From positions 195 to 64,194 of the forward strand of contig JBEKBX010000017.1 in the NCBI GenBank assembly GCA_050015175.1: 64,000 bases of DNA. Direction: 5' to 3'. Positions 29,510 through 39,103 of the stretch are shown one piece after another (position 1 is the first letter of the stretch; each line of letters starts with the position of its first letter). The notes below the pieces were generated by a model. It saw only the letters and a list, made by a program, of their open reading frames with translations. It was not told the origin of the DNA and made no database searches. A program made the translations under genes and the position numbers. Origin of the DNA: Acidimicrobiales bacterium (GTDB taxonomy: Bacteria > Actinomycetota > Acidimicrobiia > Acidimicrobiales > Bog-793).

Positions 29510-30050
29510 GTGTGCGACTCGGTACCTGCTCAGCAGGGCGCCGATGTACCGAAGGGTCCCCTGGTCCAACTCCTTTCCTTCGCGAAGTTCTTCGTCGCTC
29601 TCAGGCCTGTGCCGCCCATCTGTCTCTCGGTCCCTGTCCACACAGAACTGGGCGAAGGCGACCTGTCGTCGCAGAAGCCCTCTTCCAGGTCGTCGCCCGC
29701 GTGGTACACGACATGAGCCTTGAGCCAGTCCATCACCTGCGAGAGTGCCTCGCGGTCAGGGATGCAAGTGGTTTGGTGCGCTCGCGCTCTTCTGGGTGAG
29801 CGGGTCAGCGATCGCCATCAACTCGTAGAGCGAGTCGAGGCCGTAGGCTTCGACGAACCCCTTCAGCATGCTCTCCCACTCGTCCCAGACGTCGTAGGCT
29901 TTCTGGACGCTCAAGCGCCCATCGTAGAGAGCTTCGCAGGTGTCGTGGAGTCTGACCGCGACGCCAGGATCGAGATGACCTGACGCCTCAAGGTAGTCAC
30001 TCGGGAAGTCCTCGCCTCGACAGTCGAAGACCTCGGCAGTCGTCCTCGTG
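29510..30050 (-). pseudogene. Frameshifted remnant of an unknown protein gene
   Basis: Protein-like segments in different frames: AEVFDCRGEDFPSDYLEASGHLDPGVAVRLHDTCEALYDGRLSVQKAYDVWDEWESMLKGFVEAYGLDSLYELM / VMDWLKAHVVYH / ELDQGTLRYIGALLSRYRV. Confidence 0.45.
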
Positions 30051-30155
30051 GCGTCATGTTTGCCAGGTGCATCTCGTCACCCATCGCCTGGCTCTCCTCG
30101 CTCCTCCGAGCCTCGACCTCACGGTGTTGGAAGTCCGACTCACGGCGCAGGTCCC

Positions 30156-30197
30156 AAAAAGAAAGGAACCCCGGTCCCTTGTGAGGACCGGGGTTCC
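30156..30197 (-). terminator. Intrinsic terminator of the surface-protein gene
   Basis: 13-bp stem GGAACCCCGGTCC (30165-30177)/GGACCGGGGTTCC (30185-30197), 7-nt loop, followed on the minus strand by TTTCTTTTT; 35 bp after the stop. Confidence 0.9.
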
Positions 30198-30231
30198 CAT
30201 CACACCTTGCTAGAAGGCGTTAGTCCCTTGG

Positions 30232-32949
30232 CTAGCTGATTGGAGACGGCGAACCCGCAATGGTTTGCGGGTCTGCTGCGAACACGTCCGCGCTTGCCGA
30301 GTTCACCGCGTACACCGCGTTGGCGGTGGTCTCTGCAGCTCCTTGGTCGAACTCGATGCTGGCACTGCCCTGTGGTGCGTTGAACGGCCCAAGCAGGGTC
30401 AGCACGTCACCCGAGGTTGTGCAGTCACCGGACGTTGGCGCACCACCGGAGAATCCAGCTGTGTACTCGTAGATGAAGTCGCTCACATCAGCACCAGTTG
30501 ACGGGCAGAACACGGGTTCGTTGTAGGTGATCGCGATTGACACACCCGTCGTCACGACCGCCGACACCATCGACGGAACGCCCGTCAGATCAGCGTAAGG
30601 AAGTGTCTGCGTCGCCGCGTACTCCGGGAATCCAACAGCCGTGCTCACCGATACGCCACCGCCGTCCGTCGTCGGCTCTGTGTACACGAGCGTGTCCGTG
30701 GACACCGGGGTGACCAGAGTCACTGCTGTGGTACCGGTCGTCCCACCAGCGAGGAAGAGCGACAGCGTCAGCACGTCGCCAGCAACCCCGCAGTGGGTTG
30801 GGTAAGCAGGCGTGCCGTCGTTGCTGTACACCCAGGCCGCTTGAATGCCAGCAGCCGTGAGCGGGCAGATGGGGGCCTCGTTGTAGGTAACGGCGATGGT
30901 CCCTACCCCGGAGGCACCAGGCGTCACGATCGCCGTCGTCATGGCTGGCGTCTCAAACGTCGTCAATGTCTGCGTTGGCGCAAACACTGAAGTACTACCG
31001 GTGGCGTAAGCCGCGTTCCCAAACGGACTCGTTGCAGCCGTGGCTACCGGTGTCGTCGGTGCCGTGTACAAGATCTCGGCACCGCTCCCTGGGTCCTGGA
31101 AGGTCGTATTCGGAATCAGCCACAGCACGTCACTGCCCTGTTGTTCGCAGTTCGCGATCGCGCCACCGAGGATTCCAGCAGCCGAGTAGTACGTGAAGTC
31201 GCTGAACGCAGTACCGTCCGGACCGGCCTGGCAGGACACGTCCTCGTTGTAGGTGATCGCGAGTTCGCCGCCAGCGAGCACTTGCGCAGACTTCATGGTG
31301 AGACCCACTGTCGAGGCCACCGAGAGTGCCTGCGGGGTTAGCGCAGCCGTCGCGGAGCTGTTTTGCACGTTGTCCCCAGCGGCGCCAACAGCGATGTACT
31401 CGATGGTGCCAACACCAACTGGCAAAAGGAAGCTCGTCACCGGGAGCAGGGTCAGTACATCACCTGAACACGAACCAGAGGCGACTAGGCCGCCAGAGGC
31501 CGCACCGCTGTAGTAGTACGTGAAGTCGGCAGCATCCAACGCTGCGCAGTTCACGGCCTGGTTGTAGGTGATCGCGATTGATGTGTCGGTCACGACCGCC
31601 GAGGCCATGACCGGCCCAGAAGTGACGTAGGTCGCGAAGTACCCGAAGACGTCGACCACGAGGTTGATCGTCCCGTAGCTGTTGTAGACCTCGACGCTGC
31701 CCGTGCCGTTCGTGTCCGCGATGGTGAAGTTCGGGACGATGCCGTTGGCAACCCAGTTGACGTCAGAAAAGTCTGGCTGGGTCGTCATGGCCGGTGCCGG
31801 GTAGACCGAGAGGTAACCGGAGCTGGCGCCTGCAACCACCGTGACGTTGGCATCCACCGAAGTGGCAGTCGTGGGGATCCCACTCGCCGTGGTGGCGAGG
31901 AGGAAGCTCTCCGAGGCGTTAGTCGTGATCGGTGTCTCGGTGCCGATCAAGCTGGCGGTGCGGGTGTCGGCCACGCGGACCGGTGCCGCGAGCGGCACGT
32001 AGTCCGAGCCGGTGCCACCAACGCCGGTGAAGTACCCGTCCACGTCGATGTCGACGTCAGCGCTGCCGGCGTGGTTGTAGACCTCGATCACTCCGCCGGT
32101 GCCGACTGCGACGATCGCGCGGTTGGCAACAACTTCTCCGGCCGAGGCGTTGAGGTTCGAGAACGTCGGCTCCGTCGTTACCGCCGGTGCCGGGTAGAGG
32201 CTAAGGAACGTCGCCGCACTGTCGTGGGCGACAGTCGCGTTGACCAGAACAGCGCTCGCGTTGGCGGGCACGGTGGTGGTACCCCCCGCCACTGTGACGG
32301 GCACGCTCGTGTTCGCCGCAACCGCTGCGCCGAGGGCGAGGGTGCCGAGATCACGCACGGGAGACATCGAGTTGAACAACCCGTAGCCGTTGGCCGCAGG
32401 AGTGCTCGTGAAGTAGCCCTCCACGTCGACTACGACGTCCGCGTCAGTGGCCGAGCTGTAGATCGACACCGCACCCGCAGCGCTCAGCGGAGCTGTCACG
32501 AGGTTCGCCACCGTCTGGCCGGCGTCGAAGTTGAGGTTGGAGACCGTCGGCTGGGTGGTCCCCGCCTCGAAGACGGTCAGGAACCCGGAAGACTTCGTGT
32601 TTGTGGCAGTCACGTTGAGCACCGCCGCCAACGATCCAGCCGGTACGGGCGTAGTGCCCACCCCGGTGACCTGCACGGTCAGCGTGGGGGCGGCAGTGGT
32701 GAGAGTCGAACCTGCGTTCGGCAGGCCGGAGCCAGTCCGCGTGTCAGTGATGCGGAAAGGCGTCACTGGGACGTAGGTGCCCGGGTCGGCCGCCGTCGCA
32801 TGTGAGTGAGTTGCGGCAGAGGCCGAAGTGGCTAGTGCAAGTGGTCCAAGGAGCAGACCGGTCGCGGCAATCAAGGCCGTCCCGAGCCGGATCGGCATAT
32901 GCCTACCCGTCTTCTCCTCCGTCGGGCCTTCACGGGATGACCTAAGCAT
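30232..32949 (-). CDS. Large secreted surface (S-layer/adhesin-like) protein
   Basis: Signal peptide ending in ATSASA-A. Three beta-sandwich units (YVPVTPFRITDTR...SNLNF...ADVVVDVEGYF), then four SwmB-like units (M.SA.V....IAITYNE.V.C). Start placed after GGAGG RBS. Confidence 0.82.
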   Translation of the reverse strand: MLRSSREGPTEEKTGRHMPIRLGTALIAATGLLLGPLALATSASAATHSHATAADPGTYVPVTPFRITDTRTGSGLPNAGSTLTTAAPTLTVQVTGVGTTPVPAGSLAAVLNVTATNTKSSGFLTVFEAGTTQPTVSNLNFDAGQTVANLVTAPLSAAGAVSIYSSATDADVVVDVEGYFTSTPAANGYGLFNSMSPVRDLGTLALGAAVAANTSVPVTVAGGTTTVPANASAVLVNATVAHDSAATFLSLYPAPAVTTEPTFSNLNASAGEVVANRAIVAVGTGGVIEVYNHAGSADVDIDVDGYFTGVGGTGSDYVPLAAPVRVADTRTASLIGTETPITTNASESFLLATTASGIPTTATSVDANVTVVAGASSGYLSVYPAPAMTTQPDFSDVNWVANGIVPNFTIADTNGTGSVEVYNSYGTINLVVDVFGYFATYVTSGPVMASAVVTDTSIAITYNQAVNCAALDAADFTYYYSGAASGGLVASGSCSGDVLTLLPVTSFLLPVGVGTIEYIAVGAAGDNVQNSSATAALTPQALSVASTVGLTMKSAQVLAGGELAITYNEDVSCQAGPDGTAFSDFTYYSAAGILGGAIANCEQQGSDVLWLIPNTTFQDPGSGAEILYTAPTTPVATAATSPFGNAAYATGSTSVFAPTQTLTTFETPAMTTAIVTPGASGVGTIAVTYNEAPICPLTAAGIQAAWVYSNDGTPAYPTHCGVAGDVLTLSLFLAGGTTGTTAVTLVTPVSTDTLVYTEPTTDGGGVSVSTAVGFPEYAATQTLPYADLTGVPSMVSAVVTTGVSIAITYNEPVFCPSTGADVSDFIYEYTAGFSGGAPTSGDCTTSGDVLTLLGPFNAPQGSASIEFDQGAAETTANAVYAVNSASADVFAADPQTIAGSPSPIS

Positions 32950-33559
32950 ACGTTTCTTCCTCCATCTCCAGGGTTCCTGCGTATTTCTGTACCGTCGTGT
33001 GGCTCTTTTCAAACCGCCAGCCAACGGCACAAACCTATCACAGCCCAGCCGATACCACTCGATACATGGAACAAGTCGAAACTAGTTGCTCACGTGACAG
33101 GAGTCAAGCATACTGACATATCCTTCTTGACAACGTCCTGTTCCGGAGCATCAAGCAGGACTTGGCAGTCCACGTCGTTGCAACTCTAGTATGCACCACT
33201 GCACAAACAAACAATGGTCAGGGTTCAAAGTTCCGGACCTCTTCGGTCGGATCTTACGCATCCGGAGCACAAGCTCGCACGCGACCGCTTCCTGAACGCG
33301 ACACGAACCGCCTCTGCTCATGGCCCGTGCGTGCCAGATCAGCTTGGACGCGCCGCGGGCGCGCCAGCCGTGATCGGGGCGCGCGTCTTCTCAGGAGCGG
33401 ACGTCGTCTTGCGATTTCGGGGAGGTATCCCGGCTAAACCTCATCAGGTCAAAGCACCGGCTATTCGCCAAACCTGGGGCAACACCGAGTGCGCGCCGGC
33501 AGACCCGGTCGCGCGTTAATGACCTCAGGCGACATTCATGATCGGGGTGTCGGACGGCC

Positions 33560-35530
33560 TCAGGAACCTCCACGTCGCCGGCCGCCTCGGATCAGCGTCA
33601 CGAGCGCACGCAACGGGGCAGTCAGCCGCCAGAACTCAGAGGCGAGAAGTTCGTCACGCGCGTGCTCTGCCTGGCGTGCGCGATGTTCGAGCCGGGCGAC
33701 CTGCCTGGCCAGCTCCTCGGCCTGCGCACTCTCGGCATGCAGGCGGTCGACCTCGAGACGCAGGGTCTCCTGTGTCACCGCGAGCGCGCCCCTTACCTCG
33801 TCAAACGCACGGTCGAGCTCCGCGCGGTGCGCCTCGAGCGCCTTTGTAGGGCCCTCGTTGCCCGCGAGACAGGCCAGCTGAGAGGCACTGCCTGACGGAA
33901 GGAGCAGCGGCCTGGCGTCAAGGCGCGCGAGCATTCGCAGGTATTCCCCCTCCCGCACGTCGGGAGGGACAGCCTCGGCCGTGGTACCGACGTCATCCCA
34001 GCACAGTTGGATCGAGCTCACGTGACCGGTGTCCTCAACGCCGACGACCGAAGCTGCACGTACCAGGAAATCCCACTCCGCACAGATCGCCAGCTCCTCG
34101 TCGAACCGGAAGTGCAGCTCGGTCACGAGCGACCGGGGCACAGCGAAGCTCGAGATCGGCGTCGCGTCCACCGCCAGGCTGGAGATCGCGTCGAAACGCT
34201 CGGCGAACTCCGCGAGCGGTCTAGTGAGCGTCACCGGGGCCGCTCCCATCGCCTCCTCCTCCGGCATGCGCCGCCGGACGTGGCGGGCAAAGCAGACCGA
34301 GCGGACGATCTTGCCCGGTGCCCGAGCTGCTGCTTCGGCAAAGCGCTCCGCCCAGTCCGCGGTCACGAGGTCGCCCTCGTCCAAGAACGCGACATAACGT
34401 CCGCGGGCGAGCCCGAGCCCCGCGTTCAAGGCCGTAGCCCCGCCCTCGCCCTGGACCCGCTCGACGCGGACCCGGGAGGCGAAACCCTCCTCGAAGCTCC
34501 TCGCGACCGCCGCCGAGAACTCGACGGCTCCGGGGACGTCGCCGTGCACGAGGACGACGACCTCGAGGTCCTCAAAGCTCTGGGCCGCGAGGCATGTCAG
34601 CGCCTCGGTGAGGATCGACGGGCGCGTCCCGTCGGTTCGGGTCAACACAGAAAGGAACGGCGTATCGGTCGCCGTCACCTCGGCCGGGTGAACGTCCCTC
34701 ACCGTCGGCGGTGAGTGCCTGTCGGACGCCGGCGTTCGCTCGACCAGGCGGTAGGCGCGCACGAATTGATTGACCGCCATGTTGGGGTCGACTGCGGACC
34801 GCAGCGCCCGGAGGTGATCGTGGACCGGTCCCCCCTCGACCAGGAAGGGGTGGTCGAGGGGGAACCACTGATCCGAGTGTTCCATGATGACGTCGTCGCG
34901 GCCGCACTCCTGCCAGCCGAACCGGCCGAGCTCGGCACCGACCCGCCGCTCTGTGAACATCTGCAGGTGCGTCCGGTCCAAGAGGCCGCTCGGTGTGACG
35001 TCCCACCGGCCGCCGACGAGCTTGGCGCCGAGGTCGAAGTGCGCCACGTTCGGGATGCTGGTCACCAGGACCGGGGCATCGTTCCCATCTGCCGCCAGCG
35101 ACCACGACCACTCGGCGATCTCGCGGAGCACCGCGGACGGGTCGGGCAGGTGCTCGATGATGTCGAGCATCATCACGGCACCGACCCGGCGGCCCGCGAG
35201 CAGACCCGTCAGCACGCTGACAAGGTCCTCGCCGGTCGCGAGGTCGACCACGTGGCCTTCGAGTCCCCGCGACACGACGTCGGCCACGGCGTCGACGTCC
35301 CGGTCCCCGCCTACGTACTCCCATCCCGCGTCACGCAGCACCTCCCCGACCGCCGCGTAGCCGCAGCCGAGATCGAGGACGACGCCGCGCCGCGCGTGGC
35401 GTTCGACGAGACGCACCGCGTGACCGTACGGGCCCTCCCACGAGAACGAGAAGCGATAGGTCGGGGGGCGCCCCGGCCCGTTGCCCTCGCGGCCCGCGGC
35501 CTCACCGGGCTCAGAAGCGGTGCTCGGCAT
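33560..35530 (-). CDS. SAM methyltransferase - GT2 - short coiled-coil fusion (glycan modification/termination)
   Basis: VLDLGCGYA, DIIEHLPDP, GLLDRTHLQMF; GT-A region FLSVLTRT...YVAFLDEGD; ~70-aa coiled coil ending ASEFWRLTAPLR. Confidence 0.85.
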   Translation of the reverse strand: MPSTASEPGEAAGREGNGPGRPPTYRFSFSWEGPYGHAVRLVERHARRGVVLDLGCGYAAVGEVLRDAGWEYVGGDRDVDAVADVVSRGLEGHVVDLATGEDLVSVLTGLLAGRRVGAVMMLDIIEHLPDPSAVLREIAEWSWSLAADGNDAPVLVTSIPNVAHFDLGAKLVGGRWDVTPSGLLDRTHLQMFTERRVGAELGRFGWQECGRDDVIMEHSDQWFPLDHPFLVEGGPVHDHLRALRSAVDPNMAVNQFVRAYRLVERTPASDRHSPPTVRDVHPAEVTATDTPFLSVLTRTDGTRPSILTEALTCLAAQSFEDLEVVVLVHGDVPGAVEFSAAVARSFEEGFASRVRVERVQGEGGATALNAGLGLARGRYVAFLDEGDLVTADWAERFAEAAARAPGKIVRSVCFARHVRRRMPEEEAMGAAPVTLTRPLAEFAERFDAISSLAVDATPISSFAVPRSLVTELHFRFDEELAICAEWDFLVRAASVVGVEDTGHVSSIQLCWDDVGTTAEAVPPDVREGEYLRMLARLDARPLLLPSGSASQLACLAGNEGPTKALEAHRAELDRAFDEVRGALAVTQETLRLEVDRLHAESAQAEELARQVARLEHRARQAEHARDELLASEFWRLTAPLRALVTLIRGGRRRGGS

Positions 35531-36473
35531 ACTCCCCCTCGCGGAAGAAGGCAACCGAGGCGACCGCCTCGGAAGAAAGGTCGAGCGCCTCGCGGTAGGT
35601 GGCGGGAAGCGCCCCTTCGGCCCGCCTGCGCAGGAACTCCGCAGCCGCTTGACGGTGCAGCTCACTGCCGTGGGCGCCGGCCCAGCCCAGCCACTGGTCG
35701 ACGACATCAGGTCGCTCCGCCCGGTGGCCGAGAAGCAGGCGGGCCAGCACGGCCTGGTACTCCTCCTCCAGGGTTGGTGCGGGGAAGCCTGTGACCATCA
35801 ACTCCTTGTCGTGGAAGACGGTTGCCTCGGGCACGTGGCGCACGCGCAGGCCGCGTAGGCGGACCCGCCAGGACAGGTCCACGTCGTCACCGTGGAGAAA
35901 AAAAGCCGGCTCGAACCCACCGAGAGCGTCGAAGAGCGCCGCCCTCATTGCAATTAGACAGCCACTCGCCCAGGGCGTGTCACCTGTCACCGGGTCGAAC
36001 GCCTTCGGGTGCTCGAGCGGGATCTGGCGCGCCTCGGCGATGCCGACCGTCTCGTCGTCGAGCACACCGACGAGCGTTGACAGGCAGTTCGGCGACAGGT
36101 ACGTGTCAGGGTTGAGCAGCACGAGGATCTCGCCGTCGCCACCGGTGCGAAGCGATCCGGCCGCCCGCCTGGCGAGAAGGTTCTGGCCTGCGCCATGCCC
36201 CGTGTTCACCATGAAGGCGACGTACTCGAGCGCTATGCCGGCTCTGTCGAGGATCTCGCCGGCCGCGGTCAGCACCTCCTCGCCGACCAAGGCATCCGGG
36301 CCCTCGGCGCCCCCGCAGTCGCCGATCGCCACGGCCACGGTCGGGCCGACCGTTCCACCGTCCAAGTGGCGGACTGCCGCCGCCACTGAACGCAGCATCC
36401 GCAGCAGGCCGTGCGCTTGCCCCCCGTAGCGGACCGTCTGGACCCGCAGCGCCGTCGCCATCGCAGATCTCAA
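35511..36473 (-). CDS. Glycosyltransferase family 2 (rhamnosyl/galactofuranosyl-transferase-like)
   Basis: NTGHGAGQN, LLNPDT, PLEHPKAFDPVTGDTPWASG, FFLHGDDVDLSWR. Confidence 0.88.
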   Translation of the reverse strand: MRSAMATALRVQTVRYGGQAHGLLRMLRSVAAAVRHLDGGTVGPTVAVAIGDCGGAEGPDALVGEEVLTAAGEILDRAGIALEYVAFMVNTGHGAGQNLLARRAAGSLRTGGDGEILVLLNPDTYLSPNCLSTLVGVLDDETVGIAEARQIPLEHPKAFDPVTGDTPWASGCLIAMRAALFDALGGFEPAFFLHGDDVDLSWRVRLRGLRVRHVPEATVFHDKELMVTGFPAPTLEEEYQAVLARLLLGHRAERPDVVDQWLGWAGAHGSELHRQAAAEFLRRRAEGALPATYREALDLSSEAVASVAFFREGEYAEHRF

Positions 36474-39103
36474 TCAGGGCGCTGGCGGTATGCGTCGACG
36501 AGCCGCAACGCGACGCGAAGCGGAACCGTCACCTTCCAGCTCTTTGTGGCCTCGAATTCCGAGCGCACACGAGCTTCGGCTTCGCCCACGGCCTCATCCA
36601 GTCGTGCGAGCGCGACATCGCGCTCGGCCGCAGCGGCCCGGGCGCGAGCCTCAGCTTCGCGACACTCGTTGAGCCTCGCCTCGGCCAGGGCAGCGACCTG
36701 CGCAGCGTACTGCTCGACCTCGGCGGCACGATGCTCCGCCGCGACCACACGTTGCTCGGCAAAGATCACCCGCTCCTGGGCGAGAGCGACGCCCTGCTCG
36801 GCAGCGGCGACGCGTTGCTCGGCAAAATCAACGCGCTCTTGGACAAGGGCCACGCTCTGCTCGGCGACGGCCGCGCTCTGCTCGGCGACGGCCACGTGCT
36901 GCTCGGCGGCCGCGACACGCTGCTCGGCAAATTCCACGCGCTCTTCGGCAGCCGCGACGCGTTGTTCGGCAAAAACGACGCGCTCTTCGGCAAGGGCCGC
37001 GCTCTGCTGGGCAACGACCGCGCTCTGCTCGGCGACAGCCGCGTGCTCCTCGGCGACGGCCGCGCGTTGCTCGGCGACGTCCACGCCCTGCACCGCCAGG
37101 CCGGCGCCCTGCACCGCCAGAGCCGCGCCCTCCTCGGCGAGCTTCACGCGCTGCTCGGCAACGGCCACGTGTTCCTCGACTACCTTCGCCTGGCGCTCGG
37201 CGACCTTCACGCGCTGCTCGGCAACGGCCACGTGTTCCTCGGCCACCTTCGCCTGACGCTCGGCGACCTTCACCTGCCGTTCGGCGACGGCCGCGCGCTG
37301 TTCGGCGACGGCAAGCAGCTTCTCTGCCGCCTCCACGCGCGCCAGCAGCTGACCTTTCTCCACCCACAGGTCCGCCACCTCTGTGGTTGAGGCCCCCAGG
37401 GAGTGCTTCGCCGAGTCCAGGTCCTTCTGGAGCTGCGCGACGGTGTTCGCCGTCATCTCCATCTGCGTGAGCCTGCTCACCGTCCCGGGTGGAACGAGGA
37501 GAGGCCTGGCGTCGAACCGGCCCCGTATCGACCACGTCGTGATGTCCCACGTCTCCTCGGGGTGCTCGATGTGGGACGCGTACCCCCGCTTCCATCGCCG
37601 GTAGAGAGAGGTCACCTCCGGCGTGCTGACCACTCCGCACAACAGCGAGGCGTTCAGCAACATGTCCCAGTCCTCGAGCACCGGCAGCCTGTCGTCGAAG
37701 GACATCCCCAGGTCCGCGAAGCAGCTCCGCGGGATGGCCACCGAGCAGTTGGGGGTTCTGTTGCCGACCAGGTGAGCGACGAGGTCGAACTCGAGCGGGT
37801 AGGGAGTCGTGGTCGGCCCGATCTGGCAGTAGCCGGTGCCGCATTCCCACGGCTCCTCGTCTATCGAGTGCGTGGCGCAGCCGGCGCGGGCTACTGCGCC
37901 GGGATGGAGCTTGACGAGCTTGGCGAACTCCTCCACCCAATGGCAGAAGGCGAGGTCGTCGTCGTCGAGGAAGGCCACGTAGCGGCCCCGCGCTTCGGTC
38001 ACCCCGACCTGAAGCGGGCGCGCCCTGCCCCCGCCCTCGACGCGGATCGCCCGCGTCCTCTCGACGAGCCAGCGGGGAAGGCGTGCAACGACCTCGGCTA
38101 CCGCCGCGTATTCGCCGTCGGTCGTGTCGTGACAGCAGACGATCGCTTCGATGTCGCGGTTGGTCTGGGCGGCGAGCGATGTGAGGTTGTCCTCCAGGGC
38201 CATGAGGCGCCGACCCTGGGTGCGCACGATCACGCTCAGGAAAGGCGCGGGGGCGGGCTCGTCAGAAGCCGATGAGCCGGGGAGTCGGGTTGTGCCCGCC
38301 CGGGGCCGGGCTGTCGGCAGGTACGCCCGCACGAACTGGTCGACGAGCGCGCCGGGAGCACTCTGCTCCCTCACCTCCAACAAGAAGTCGTGCAGCGGAG
38401 TGCCGGCTGAAAGCGTCGTCAGCGTATCGGGAAAGTGCTGGTCGCTGCGCGCGACGACGAGGTCGTCAGCCTTGATCTCCTTCCATCCGGCCTGGGAGAG
38501 CTCTGCCTCCAGCCTGCCGGACGCGAACAACGAGAGGTGGCCCTCGTCGAGGAGACCGTCCGGGGTGACGTCCCAACGCCCGGATACCAGCTTGGCGGCT
38601 ACGTCGAAGTGCGAGACGTTGGCTACGCTGACGACAAGCGGAGCGCCCTTGTGGCGTCTCGCCATGGCGGCCAGCGCGGTGAGCAACTCACCCGGGCGGG
38701 CCGTACGCCCGATCAGGTCGAGCGCCGTGATGGCCGCAAGTTGGCGACCGCCGAGAGCCTCCTCGAGGCGCTTGACGAGCAAGGTGCTCCCGCCGAGGTC
38801 CACCAACGCGGTGGCGAGTCCTTGCTTGGAAAGCTCTTCGAGGCGATCCGGCTCGGTGTCCACCCCCAGGTACTCGAGGCCGAGGTCCGCGCACGAACCA
38901 GCGGCGGTGCCGAAGCCGCACCCGAGATCGAGGAGCACTCCCTCGTGCAGGGCGTGGCCGGACAGGAGCCGGACAACGTGGCTGTGAACGGTCCTCGCCT
39001 CGTTGTCGAGCTTTACGAGATCGGTCACGGACATGCCTCCTCGAAGATCGCGCGGCGACCCCCCGGGCCCATCGAAGGCACTCGGTTCGTGTTCATGGCT
39101 CAC
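36470..39103 (-). CDS. SAM methyltransferase - GT2 - very long coiled-coil fusion
   Basis: LLDLGCGFG, GLLDEGHLSLF; FLSVIVRTQGRR...YVAFLDDDD, VLEDWD; ~300-aa coiled coil ending ATKSWKVTVPLR. Confidence 0.88.
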   Translation of the reverse strand: MSHEHEPSAFDGPGGSPRDLRGGMSVTDLVKLDNEARTVHSHVVRLLSGHALHEGVLLDLGCGFGTAAGSCADLGLEYLGVDTEPDRLEELSKQGLATALVDLGGSTLLVKRLEEALGGRQLAAITALDLIGRTARPGELLTALAAMARRHKGAPLVVSVANVSHFDVAAKLVSGRWDVTPDGLLDEGHLSLFASGRLEAELSQAGWKEIKADDLVVARSDQHFPDTLTTLSAGTPLHDFLLEVREQSAPGALVDQFVRAYLPTARPRAGTTRLPGSSASDEPAPAPFLSVIVRTQGRRLMALEDNLTSLAAQTNRDIEAIVCCHDTTDGEYAAVAEVVARLPRWLVERTRAIRVEGGGRARPLQVGVTEARGRYVAFLDDDDLAFCHWVEEFAKLVKLHPGAVARAGCATHSIDEEPWECGTGYCQIGPTTTPYPLEFDLVAHLVGNRTPNCSVAIPRSCFADLGMSFDDRLPVLEDWDMLLNASLLCGVVSTPEVTSLYRRWKRGYASHIEHPEETWDITTWSIRGRFDARPLLVPPGTVSRLTQMEMTANTVAQLQKDLDSAKHSLGASTTEVADLWVEKGQLLARVEAAEKLLAVAEQRAAVAERQVKVAERQAKVAEEHVAVAEQRVKVAERQAKVVEEHVAVAEQRVKLAEEGAALAVQGAGLAVQGVDVAEQRAAVAEEHAAVAEQSAVVAQQSAALAEERVVFAEQRVAAAEERVEFAEQRVAAAEQHVAVAEQSAAVAEQSVALVQERVDFAEQRVAAAEQGVALAQERVIFAEQRVVAAEHRAAEVEQYAAQVAALAEARLNECREAEARARAAAAERDVALARLDEAVGEAEARVRSEFEATKSWKVTVPLRVALRLVDAYRQRPD
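36710..37310 (-). repeat. 21-bp (heptad) coding repeat, consensus VAEQRVA
   Basis: Roughly 28 consecutive heptads such as VAEQRAA/VAERQVK/FAEQRVA/AAEQHVA. Confidence 0.9.

Noticed and set aside
33030-33550. c-di-GMP or c-di-AMP riboswitch upstream of the surface-protein gene; weak similarity of 33430-33475 to 19950-19992
   Set aside because: I could not assemble the consensus cores on either strand. The pairwise similarity is short and within chance.
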